DNA of 64,000 bases from Octopus sinensis. Lineage: Eukaryota. Position numbers and translations under genes: made by a program. Positions within the stretch are counted from its first letter, which is position 1, and the number at the start of each line of letters is the position of its first letter. This document shows, one piece after another, positions 12,714 through 24,860 of this stretch. The DNA is taken from the NCBI RefSeq assembly GCF_006345805.1, contig NC_043016.1, positions 23,002,001-23,066,000 on the forward strand, written 5' to 3'. Under the pieces are notes generated by a model. The model did no database searches. It was not told where the DNA came from and saw only the letters and a program-made list of their open reading frames with translations.

Positions 12714-13129
12714 ATAGCCTGGGTGTTTTATTAGGTCAAAAGTAAGAGGGCCAATAGAGTCTCTATCACCAATGAAAACAAGTGTGTTGCAGAAATAAAA
12801 ATTTCTTCCATATCAGCTACAGTTTGGCAAAGTGAAAGTGATGTTTAAAAATGTATAACAAATCTAGATTTAGTTCCAAATGAACTGTATATGGTTGATT
12901 AACCAAGAAATAAGTCAAATTTCCCTCAAATTGCATGCTACCTTTTTTTAAAATAGAACACAATGATTAATGTTGCCTCATACATACTTTGCCTTAAAAA
13001 AGTTGGGATGCTCATTGTTACATTGACCATTTACTGGGTTCTCACTGCCAACCCTGTATGAGTATCCTGCCTCTGCTAAACAACCCAAAACCTTGTGCTG
13101 AGGCAGAATACATACAGAGGTAAGCAGTG

Positions 13130-13520
13130 AGTACTCAGTGAATGGTCAATGCAATAATGAGGCTGTAGTCTACAAAGCAGAGGTGATGTCCAGCTGTAGC
13201 AGCAGCAATGAAAGGATGCACACACTGAAACATGTTGGAACAACAGAAGGCCCTTTCAAGGCCAGGCTAAATAATCACAGGACCTCTTTTAGAATTGCAG
13301 AGATGGGCAGCATTACATAATTATCCAGCTATACAGTAATTAAAAGAAGAGGAAATGTCACACAACACTGGAAGCTACTGGAACAACCTAGGCCTTACAT
13401 CAGTGGAAACAGACAGTACAACCTTTGCTTGGCAGAAAGGACAATGATCCTTAAAAATTCACATATTGTAAGTGGCTTCTTGAATTCAAAAGATGAAATT
13501 TGTAGCTGATGCCTCCGTGA
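13130..13520 (+). mobile_element. Second Penelope-like GIY-YIG remnant
   Basis: NGQCNNEAVVYKAEV..HVGTTEGPFKARLNNHRTSF, then PYISGN..NLCLAER. Confidence 0.75.
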
Positions 13521-13999
13521 CAGAAAATTTGTTTGGAAACATAGTCTTCCTTCTTTGCAAACTAGAAAATGAAACAAAACATACACAAATTGACTTAATT
13601 TTAGCTGCAGCTGGACTTGTCCAAGGGGTGGTAACTCTTCTTTCAGTCTTGGGATTTTTAAAATTTGCCTTTGTAATCCACCACCACCAAACTAACCAAG
13701 ACTCTATATTTACCTCCAGTTGTAAACAGGCTATGTATTTCTGGTCGTTTATATTGAGTTGTTTATATTGCCAAGTGCAATGTGTGTGCATCTCTCTTCA
13801 GGAGATGTGGACAATATCTGCCTGCAAAAGATGTAGCTATCACCTACACCTCCTTAATGTATATTATTCATAATAGGGATGTAATTAATGTACAACAGAA
13901 ATAATAGGGAAACATAACAAAATATGGAGTAGACACAGTTGTAACTTTCTGTCAGGTTATATACCATAGAAAGGATATACTGTTGTAAGTACAGAACAT

Positions 14000-14009
14000 A
14001 TAATATATA

Positions 14010-14049
<40 letters not shown>

Positions 14050-14234
14050 ATAATGGAGAAATTGTACAAAATGTATAAATGGATGATGAGTACAGCACTG
14101 GTACAGTTTCGATTGCTTGTTGTTATCCAGAATGGGTTGAAACATATGTTGTACTCAATAAAATCTATTAACATTCCATCTCCTATTTCATTAATACTGT
14201 TATTATATATATACACACACACATATATATATTA

Positions 14235-14275
<41 letters not shown>

Positions 14276-14311
14276 CATATGCAGACTCCCATATATATAC
14301 ATACATATATA

Positions 14312-14342
<31 letters not shown>

Positions 14343-15232
14343 GTGGTGTGTGTGTTGTGTGTGTATGTATGATGTATGTAAGCATATAATAATGAATGTG
14401 TATAATAATTGATGGGATAAGTAAAATCCCCTTCGTGTAAGTTAGCACAGTGTTCAAATAGAGGTAAAAAGTATTGGTAATTAGCATACCATTATTTGTT
14501 TTCTGTTGTCTTTGTATTAGTCTGTTAGCGTAATAAAATCTCACCATCATACATGCATACATACATACATACATACATACACACACATACATACATACAT
14601 ACACACACACATACATACATACATACATACATACACACACATACATACATACATACACACACACATACATACATACATACATACATACATGTGTGGATGG
14701 ATAATGATGAGATAAACACAATTAGGCTTGACATATACACACACACACATACAGATGGATAGATACACATACTCACATATATCGACATATATTCAGAAAT
14801 ATAAACACATAAATGCATATAAGCATATATATATATATATATACACAATTTTTGGGGATTAATCGATATGCGGGTATTCTATTTCAGATAATACAAAAAT
14901 AACATAATCTTAATGAAAAAATTAAATTATACCATTTACAAAAATTACATCTTAGAGAAAGATTAAATATAAGATAAAACATATACCAATGATTAAAAAA
15001 TGTGCAAAATAATAAATAAAACGTATATATTTGGTAGAATAACTACACATGTTTTGTGGCTATATTTAAAAAATGATAATAGTAAAATCACTTCTTTATA
15101 CATGCATATATATATATATATATATTTATGCTATATATAATATATATATATGCAATATATATATATACACATATATATATATATTATATAATATATATAT
15201 ATGCAATATATATATATATATATATATATGCA

Positions 15233-15264
<32 letters not shown>

Positions 15265-15620
15265 AATTAGAGAAAAACCACTATTATGTAATTCAAACAT
15301 GATAGACGTAAACCAAATCATATAGAAAAAATGAAATATATTATAAAACATAAATAAATCATAAAAAGTACATATTGTTTATTCATTTTTGTACTTTTGT
15401 GATCTAGCTATATGTCTTATAATATATTTTATTTTTTTCTTTATGATTTGCTTTATGTCTATCATTGTTTGAATTACATAATATTTGTTATTCTCTAAGT
15501 TATATGTATTATATATTTATATTGTGAAATTTGATTTAATACTAAATTGAATTTTTCCATGTCAGTTGGTTATATTCCCTAATATTATATATTATATATA
15601 TATATATATTATATATATAT

Positions 15621-15675
<55 letters not shown>

Positions 15676-15912
15676 ATATATATATATGTGTGTGTGTGTG
15701 TATACACATACATATATGTTTATATAATATATATATATATATATATATAGGTATGTATGTATGTATGTATATGTATGTATGTATATATATATATATATAT
15801 ATAGTTATATATATGTATGTTATATATGTGTATATCCATATTATTTGTGAAGCAGAGATCCAGTATGTTACCTGTGCTGGTTAGTTGGAGTATTACTTGC
15901 TCCATGTACAGA

Positions 15913-15943
<31 letters not shown>

Positions 15944-15995
15944 GCAATATATAATATATATATATAGATATATATATAATATATATATATATGCA
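14000..15995. repeat. Microsatellite field: (TA)n, (CATA)n, (TATG)n, (CA)n
   Basis: Directly visible; explains the low-complexity ORFs here. Confidence 0.92.
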
Positions 15996-16700
15996 TGTGG
16001 TCGGAAAATATATATAATATTTCCATTCTACAAATTACACAGCCCAAGTGAAATCGAGAGGAAAATCAGAGAAAAGAATTTTATTGATAAATTCGAACCC
16101 AAGCTAAATAAGCAATAATAATAATACCTAGATAGCAGGAAAATTATATTATTTAGGGTTAAAAGTTCTATTGCCACCACCATTAACGCCTAGCAACAAT
16201 AATTAAGGTGCTGACAATGATGATGATGACAATTGAAATATAAAAATCTCTGAGAAAGGCTATTTACAACATTACTAAAAATAGCCCAACAATTGCTGCC
16301 TCGCCCAGGGTTAAGATACAGGACTCTTGATATGTCCAACAAAGCGTGACGCCTAAACCAATTAGCTCAACCAACCAATCAGCTTAAGTAATTGACTGAT
16401 ACTACACACTGATTGGTCAGAATACAGTTTGCAAAACCTAGCAATCTGGAGCCTACCCAGCTGTATTTAAGGCACAGATTCAATCATCTTGCTACAGTCA
16501 AAAATTGTGAAGCATGACTGTTACCACTACTACATGAATTTGAAGATTGCAGAATTTAATGCATGAAAGTACTAGTTCAATCAGAATGAACATTTAACAT
16601 TCTACTATTTTATTTTATTCTATTATATTATATTATCTTATAATATATCATAAGATTGTAAATAAAACGTGAAAATCAGACAAGGTTGGAATTCCTTTTA
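15995..16700 (+). mobile_element. Penelope-like 3' end (ORF C-terminus plus terminal repeat with hammerhead)
   Basis: IFPFYKL..ERKIREKNFIDKFEPKLN* is typical of PLE C-termini; hammerhead at 16535. Confidence 0.7.
16535..16579 (+). ncRNA. Minimal type I hammerhead ribozyme motif (C3U variant), Penelope-associated
   Basis: tgaat-TTGAAGA-t-tgca-gaatttaa-tgca-t-GAA-AGTACT-A-gttca; lies about 420 nt 3' of a Penelope-like ORF end. Confidence 0.6.
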
Positions 16701-16806
16701 TTAATATATTCTTCTATACACAATCACACACACCCATATATATCTATCTATCTATCTATATATATATTTATATATGTATACATACATATACATATATATA
16801 TATGCA

Positions 16807-16844
<38 letters not shown>

Positions 16845-17020
16845 TACAAAATTAGAAAATGGAGAAACATACTTAAATCAATAAAACATCAACTATCAGA
16901 TGATACCCAATGAATACTTTATTACACCATTACATATCAGTAAAGGCATTATACAAAATATAAAGTAAATATAAATAGACAAGGAAATAGAAATATAAAA
17001 TATAATATGTAATTATATCA

Positions 17021-17135
17021 TATCTGACAGCTGTTTCGGCAGTAAGGGCAGTCATACCTCATTTAACCTATAAGCCATAAAGGCAGGTATAAATGAGGCA
17101 TTAACAAGGATGTACCACGGCCTCTTCAGAGAATT
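17021..17135 (-). ncRNA. Type I hammerhead ribozyme motif with an extended stem II
   Basis: tct-CTGAAGA-ggc[about 85 nt hairpin]gcc-GAA-ACAGCTGT-C-aga: intact core, palindromic stem III, GUC cleavage triplet. Confidence 0.75.
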
Positions 17136-17207
17136 TAATTTGTTATAATTGTGAAAAAATATATAATATATAATATAATATATAATATAAATATATAATA
17201 TATATAT

Positions 17208-17520
17208 ATCATCATCATCATCATCATCGTTTAACGTCCGTTTTCCGCGCTAGCACGGGTTGGACGGTTTCGACCGGGGTCTGGGGAGCCAGGGGCTGCT
17301 CCAGGCTCCAGTCTGGTCTGGCAGTGTTTCTACAGCTGGATGCCCTTCCTAACGCCAACCACTCCGCGAGTGTAGTGGGTGCTTTTTACGTGCCACCTGC
17401 ACAGGTGCCAGAGGGGTCTGGCATCGGCCACGGTCAGTTGGTGCTTTTTATGTTCCACCTGTACAGAAGCCAGTCGGGGCGGTGCTGGCATTGGCCACAT
17501 TTGGATGGTACTTTTTATGT
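17208..17520 (-). mobile_element. SINE/RTE-related repeat with (GAT)n tail; further copies at 18601-19175(-), 20237-20478(-), 36950-37261(+), 39060-39240(-), 45706-46073(+)
   Basis: Shared catcatcgtttaacgtccg..catgctagcatgggttggac and ctggatgcccttcctaacgccaaccactcc blocks. Confidence 0.88.
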
Positions 17521-17773
17521 GGGGGAGGGTGCAGAAATATAGGGGAGCACCAGTGGGGAGGGGTGTTCGGAGAAACGATGACAGGTTCTAGACAAGTAGA
17601 ACGTAGGATATCACGAGAGGGGTAATGCATGGTGAAATAGCGTATTGAAGAGGGGGGTTCGAAGAGTGGACACCTATAATGGTGGTGGGAGAAGCGACAT
17701 CCGGTATAGATGGAGCAAAAATACAGAGATATCCGGTATTGGTGGTGGGGGTGGGCAAGGGCGGGTGCACCGG

Positions 17774-18540
17774 GAATATGCGAAGGTTGAACTTGACGGG
17801 CTGGCTTAAAATGCTCTTAGCAATGGAAGGGGGGAAAGGTAGAGGGGGGAGGGCAGACAACGTAAAAGAGGGAGAGAGAGAGAGAGATGGGAATAGTGGA
17901 ACCCCACGAAAATCGGCCGCCATTGAAAAACCCCTGTATGGAGAAACTTAAAATATCTATTCTGTATTTAGCGAGACACGAGGCCGGAAACCGATGGTCA
18001 ACAATAACTAATAAATTATACAGAGTATGCAATACGAGGCGAAACTGAAAATAATAATAATAATACTAATAAACAAATTGTCGACTGGGGGTCAAAGGGA
18101 TAATACTAATACTAATAATAATAATGATAAACAGCTTAACCACTAGAGATCAGACAAATTTGCATGAGAATATTACTGGTACAGATTATGGGATGAATTA
18201 GATTAGAAAGATTTTCTTATCTTGGGAACATTTCGTTTTTCGGCCTGACACGGTGAATATGCGAAGGTTGAACTTGACGGGCTGGCTTAAAATGCTCTTA
18301 GCAATGGAAGGGGAGAAAGGAAGAGCGGGGGAGGCAGACAACGTAAAAGAGGGAGAGAGAGAGAGAGAAGGGAATAGTGGAACCCCGCGAAAATCGGCCG
18401 CCATTGAAAAAACCCTGTATGGAGAAACTTAAAATATCTATTCTGTATTTAGCGAGACACGAGGCCGGAAACCGATGGTCAACAATAACTAATAAATTAT
18501 ACAGAGTATGCAATACGAGGCGAAACTGAAAATAATAATA
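17774..18540. repeat. Near-identical direct duplication of about 285 bp (17774-18060 and 18255-18540)
   Basis: gaatatgcgaaggttgaacttgacggg...gaggcgaaactgaaaataataata is present twice, offset 481. Confidence 0.92.
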
Positions 18541-18545
18541 ATATA

Positions 18546-18589
<44 letters not shown>

Positions 18590-18769
18590 ATATATATATA
18601 TCATCATCATCATCATCATTTAACGTCCGCTTTCCATGCTAGCATGGGTTGGACGGTTCAACTGGGGTCTGGGGAGCCCGAAAGCTGCACCAGTCCAGTC
18701 AGATCTGGCAGTGTTTCTACAGCTGGATGCCCTTCCTAACGCCAACCACTCCGAGAGTGTAGTGGGTGA

Positions 18770-19085
18770 TTTTATGTGCCACCGACACAGGTGCCAGACG
18801 AGGCTGACAAACGGCCACGCTGGATGGTGTTTTTATGTGCCACCGACACAGGTGCCAGACGAGGCTGGCAGACGGCCACGCTCGGATGGTTTTTTTTATG
18901 TGCCACCGACACAGGTGCCAGACGAGGCTGGCAGACGGCCATGCTCGGATGGTGTTTTTATGTGCCACCGACACAGGTGCCAGACGAGGCTGGCAGACGG
19001 CCACGCTCGGATGGTGTTTTTATGTGCCACCGACACAGGTGCCAGATGAGGCTGGCAAACGGCCACGATCGGATGGTGCTTGTTA
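18770..19085. repeat. About 62-bp tandem repeat, 5 copies, inside a SINE body
   Basis: accgacacaggtgccaga at 18781, 18842, 18905, 18967 and 19029. Confidence 0.92.
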
Positions 19086-20797
19086 CGTGCCCACAGCACG
19101 GAGGCCAGTCGATGCGGTACTGGCTACGGCCACGTTCGGATGGTTTTCTTATGTGCCACGTGCCACCGGCACTGGTACCACAAAGATACAAATTCCATTG
19201 ATGTTCAGTATTCCAAAATAAGCAACAAAAATGATTCCAGTAATTTGGTACGATCGTTTCGTACTACATGTAGTACGAAACGATCGTACCAAATTACCGG
19301 AGTCATTCTTGTTGCTTATTTTGATTATAATCACCCCACGGATTTTTATGGATAACACTATACAGAATTCTGGTGCATCTAATTAAGTACCATATTCATT
19401 TGAATCTAAATTTTTGCTGAACTTATATATAAACATACATATATATATATATATATATATATGCAATATATATATATTTGCAATATCATATATATATACG
19501 TACATATATATATATATATCTACATATATTTGCATTATATATATATATATATATATACACTACCTCGTTTTGGGATTTGATTTGCAAGATTCTTCATGTG
19601 AGTTTGTGTATTGAAGCATATTTTGTTGTGTCTGGGAGAGTCACTCTCTTTTAGTGCCTTATTATTTAACAAATTCACTGGTAAAGTTTCCACTCATTTC
19701 CTTATTTATTTTTCCAAAAATTTTGTGTCTTGCAACCTTTTCGGTATTTGTTGACTCTGTCCATTATCCAAGCTGCATGCTTTTATTTGTTTTTGTGCAT
19801 GTGTGTCGGTCAATGTGTGTGCACATACACATGTTTGTATGTATGCCTGCATGTAAGTGTGTGTATGCATGTATGTATATATGTATGTATGAGTGCATGT
19901 TTGTATGTATTCTGCATATTTGTGTGTGTGTATAGTTACGTGTTCCAGTCTTCATTTGCTTATTTATGTGTGTATGTGTGTGCTTGTCTGTTCATATTAC
20001 CTGTGTACCTATCCATCTGTATGTCTGTTTACATTCGTATCCATTAACCTACATACATGTGCACATACATATACGTATACATACACACACACACAAATAT
20101 ATTCCTATACAGGTAGAATAGTTAGTGGGCTGTTATGTAGATGTATGTGTGTGTGTATATTTATATATATGTCATCACTGGAAACCTAAAGAACAAAAAC
20201 ATATATATATATATATTATATATATATATATATAATATCATCATCATCATCATCGTTTAACGTACGTTCTCCATGCTAGCATGGTTGGACGGTTCGACCG
20301 GGGGTCTGGGAAGCCAGAAGGCTGCACCAGGCTCCAGTCTTATCTGGCAATGTTTCTACAGCTGGATGCCCTTCCTAATGCCAACCACTCCGTGAGTGTA
20401 GTGGGTGCTTTTTACGTGCCACCTGCACAGGTGCCAGGCGAGGCTGGCAACGGCCACGGTCGGATTGGTGCATTTTACGTATATATATATATATATATAT
20501 ACATAACATTATTAAAATTGATAATAATACGCAAGATAATTTATGTCATCACAACCTTATCAAGGTAATCCCAACTGGTGAAATTCTGTATATATATCTG
20601 AAGTTTGAACCATTACTCTTTTTAACATGAACTGTTACTATACATACAACTCAATGAAAAATAAGGAATTGCCAACTCTTTGTTGATGAGGGAAATTACA
20701 GATCTGTCAGCAGATTTCTTCTTTCTTTCCCACTCCAACATCAACAGATGCCTTACCATCTTCAACTTAATCACAAACATTTTCTTTTCTTTTGCAG

Positions 20798-20862
20798 AAT
20801 GCCCAAAGAAGAATAAGAAAACACGTAAAGCTTATCCAATGGCATGCATCTTTAATCTGTAA
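20798..20862 (+). CDS. Small Cys-rich EGF-domain protein, terminal exon C (KCPKKNKKTRKAYPMACIFNL*)
   Basis: Strong tttcttttcttttgcag acceptor, phase 1 in frame with exon B, TAA stop; AATAAA near 21503 and 21812. Confidence 0.75.
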
Positions 20863-20893
20863 ATTTGCCAATGCAACTCAAGTCAGTGTCTCA

Positions 20894-20924
<31 letters not shown>

Positions 20925-21151
20925 TATGTAAGTGATGAGGGTAAAAATTATTATTAAAAAATAACAATTTAAACCAGTGGCTAGTATGTGTAAAAAAAAA
21001 TTCCAAGAACTGCAAGTTATATTCAAATATATGAAGAAAGCCACTAAGTGGGTTCCTTACATGCTGAAAGTAGATGCATTTTTTGTGGTTAGATGATTTC
21101 ATGTCGACTTTCAGCATGTAAGGAAATCACTAGGTGACTTTCCTCTTATAT

Positions 21152-21187
<36 letters not shown>

Positions 21188-22199
21188 TTGTTTATCTATA
21201 CAATATATAAGTTTTGTATGTTATCTCCTGCTTAACACTTCATATTGTGTTATAAAATACAAATGTTCTATACACACACACACACATGTGCACATACATT
21301 TTACGCTAATAGAATTTATGATGCAAGGCAAAAATTAATACAGCATTGGACATACATATTTTATTATATTCCTTATTGTTCTAGATCTAAATCCTATCAA
21401 CTATCTCAAGTCCTTCGGAGCTTACCTGGAATATATCTCTCCTCTGTGCCAAAATTTGAAATTGTTAATATCACTTATGAAGACTAGTGGAGTTGCAGGA
21501 TCAATAAAATGACTGATTGAATGCCTTTGGTATATTGCTTTGGACATGTATGTTTTGAGCACAGATATTTTTGAGATCAGCTTTGATTCTTAATATTCCA
21601 GGAACACCAAACCAAGTGGCAGTCATATATAGCTGTCAGTTTTTTTTAAAATAAACCTACATTTCTGACTATAAAATTATGGACTTGGACCCATGTGAAA
21701 AATATATTTTTATTATTATATCCTAAGTAATATTTTTATTATTATATCCTAATTGTAATCGGAACCAAGATTTTGTATCTATTTACTCTATGTGACAAAT
21801 TGTTCTATTTTAATAAAATATAACTATTAGATCAAATGAAATTAATACCAAAATATACTCGTACATAAGCAGTTAGAACTTATTATATTAAATAGTATGT
21901 TAACTATCATTAACCCTTTTGAGACTAACTTGCCTGAAACTGCCTCTTGATTTATGATAGAGTCACCATTGACTCCCTGTGCAATGTTCTTAAAATATCA
22001 TGAGGCACCAGTGACTCCCAGTGTTGATGTAGTGTATGAAGTTACACATTACTGTGGTTCAAACTGTATTACTGAAATTTTAGGCAATGAACAGAACACA
22101 TTTATTTGTATTTCTTGGATGGTTTTCAGTGTGAATCTATAGAAGCTGAGACAGGACTTGCTAAGACATGCACGTCACTGTCATTTCCATTGCATAAGT

Positions 22200-23565
22200 C
22201 AGTGATTCTCAACCTTTTCCCAGCCATTGCCCTCTAAAAGCTATTTTTGATGTAAGCTAATTGATAATCACCACCAAAAAATAACAAATATTAAATGTAA
22301 TGTAATTATGACTAATCAACACTAAAAAAAAAAATTGTACACGTAAATGCAAAAGAAAAACAAATTAAAATAAAACTTCATTGTAAATTTAAATGTAGAA
22401 AAGGACTAACTAGTGTGAGCCCTGAGATTGGTGATGTTCAGCAAAAATTTCAATGTCAGGCTTAATGCTACTCAAACAGGTATGAATATCTCCACGTGAA
22501 ATAATGTCAAATCTGCTTCTTCTGCAAAATGTGATTGACAGTACTAAATCCAGTTTCGAAAAGATATGATGTCGGAAAACACAAAAGAATTTTCGACATT
22601 TGTGACCACAAATTTGGATGAAGTAATTTTACAGTGTCTGATTACCAAAATTCAGTCAATCTTTCTTTTTTGAACTTTATTTGAAATTCATCATTACATT
22701 TCATCTCGATGACTTCTTCCTGGATATTTTCATGTGCACTGTGAGGATCACAACTGAATGAGTCAATCATCCATGGTTGAATAGCGAAGTTAAATAAATC
22801 GGCAAATCTGGCTTCTAAATCATTTTTCAAGGCAGACAGATGGTCGCAATAAATACCAGTGTCATTTTCACATAATTTGATTTCTGCTAGTTCGGGCATA
22901 TGAAACTGCCTTAGTTTTGAATTAACTTGAAAAAGATTGAGTTTTTCAATAAGCTCTCATCACCTGTTTACAGTCTATCGGCGTTATCATTTTTTCATTG
23001 CAGCAGAAGAGAGACCTCGTTCAGCTTACAGAAAATCCAACTAAGATAGTGTATGTTCTTCTTTTGAGCTTGAATTTCAACTGCTAAGTCTAAGTGTCCT
23101 TCTATTTGTAAGAACACAACTATAGTATTAAATAAGTTTACAAATCTTTCCAGCTAGTTGCCTCTGGATAGCCAGCGGACATTGGAATGCAAAGGAAGTC
23201 TTATATATGGTTCATCAGCATCGACACAAAATTTTCGAAAAAGACAGTCACATTTACTGTTAGATTTCATTTTGTTTATTGTTTTAATAACAGTGTTCAA
23301 TGACTGTTTAGAATAGGGCTTATATTTTTGGCTACGAGGTTATGCCTGTGTAGCACATGGTGCATAACTAGAATTTGAGGGCACAACTGTTTTAAATAAG
23401 AGATAAATCCTTTGTGTTTCCCAACAGTAGACATCGCACCATCAGTAGCACCTGAAACTAAATTTTCATAATAGAGAATTTCTTTTTCTTTAAAAAATGT
23501 TTTCACAGCAGAAAATATAGAAGCGCCCATTGTGTCAGTCTCCAACATCTTGTAATGCACAGGAT
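22200..23565 (-). mobile_element. hAT (Charlie/Buster-type) transposase remnant with one TIR
   Basis: ATDGA, HHVLHRHNL (decayed CxxH), VRWLSRG, FPTSYLFETGFS; cagtgattctcaacc terminus at 22200. Confidence 0.88.
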
Positions 23566-24349
23566 CTAATGAGTTTGAGGACTACATCATACTTCAATAT
23601 CTGCTTTGGATTGGTTTCAATGGCTGGTTGCTCTTCCAAATGTTAATCACTTTACACAGTGAACTGGGTATCTTTTCATAGTACCAGCACCAATGAGGTT
23701 ATGCAGCTTGCAAGATTAAAATTACTTTTGACAAGGTAAGGGTACAGGAGAAAGGGAGGGGCTTTATGCAAGATGAAAGGTTAAATTATGAGAGAAGAGA
23801 ACAGAACAAGCTTCTTGCTGTAGAGGAGCTACACAGCTACTCACATTATAGAAGAGAGGCTGGGAATGACTGACGTAGAGCTAGAAAGAGATAAAGATAG
23901 AGATGAGGTTAGGAGAGAGGAACAGGTAGTATGAGTGTGTAGAGATAGCAAGAGTGTATAGGGAGAAAAAGTGGTTAGAGATGGGGAATGATTATAATGA
24001 GTGAAAAACTAGTAAAGGATGATAAATATACATGGAAGAGTAGGTAACAACAGTAGAGAGTGAGTAGGGTTGAGGGGTGAATGTAGTAAAAGGGAATAGG
24101 AGGTGGGGGAGATCAATGATACATATGAGTTGGTGGTGGGGAGTAGATGATTGCCAGTGCAGAAAATATTAATGATATGATAGACAGAAGGATGAAAGAA
24201 AGAGAGAGAGAGTCAGCAAGCAAGAGAGAGATGAGATTCATCTTAGTAAGTTGCAAAAGTGTAAAGTTGGGAGAGAGAGGTGTAGTGCATGAGAAAAATG
24301 ACAGATATCTGGTGGTGGAGAAGGCATAATTTGGTGGCATCATACAATC

Positions 24350-24860
24350 TGCCCTTCACTCTAAGAGAAAAGATCTTTGTTGTCAGCTGTGGAAGTAGCT
24401 TCCAGAACTTTTTCCAACTTGTTCTTACCTTATAAATATACTGTCAGAGCAATCGTATCACTATTTATATCTCATTATGTAATAAAAGCTATCAACTACT
24501 TCTGAGCAGCTACTCAGACATTCAAATGTCTCTTTCCCACTGTATTCGTAGTAGACACCTCTCCAGTGCATCTGTCACATATAAAGCTTATCTTCTATGT
24601 TAGGCTGCTTGTGATTCTATAACATCTCTTGTATATCCATAGCTTACATTGGGTACAGTGTATGGAATTTATGCCTACTCCTTTGCTATTTATTAAGCAA
24701 GACCATTTCTCTGACAGTACCAGGGTCCCATCTTTCCTACTTACTAAAACCTTTGTCTTTGCAAGCTTTACCTTAAGATTTCTTGATTCTAGATTTAGCT
24801 TCTAAGCCTAGAATTTTCTAATTCCAATATAGATTCAGCTTATAGCAATTCCCATGGACA
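24350..24860 (-). mobile_element. Degraded RTE LINE fragment
   Basis: Reverse-strand similarity to 54750-55000 (conserved primer-grip-downstream region and C..C..W.H.RC zinc motif). Confidence 0.6.

Noticed and set aside
14000-16000. ORFs rich in YI/CV/HT/MY dipeptides (also 31-301 and 19400-20200)
   Set aside because: Translations of microsatellites.
18636-19221. Overlapping 128-141 aa repetitive ORFs
   Set aside because: Produced by the 62-bp tandem module of a SINE; open in several frames, no domain.
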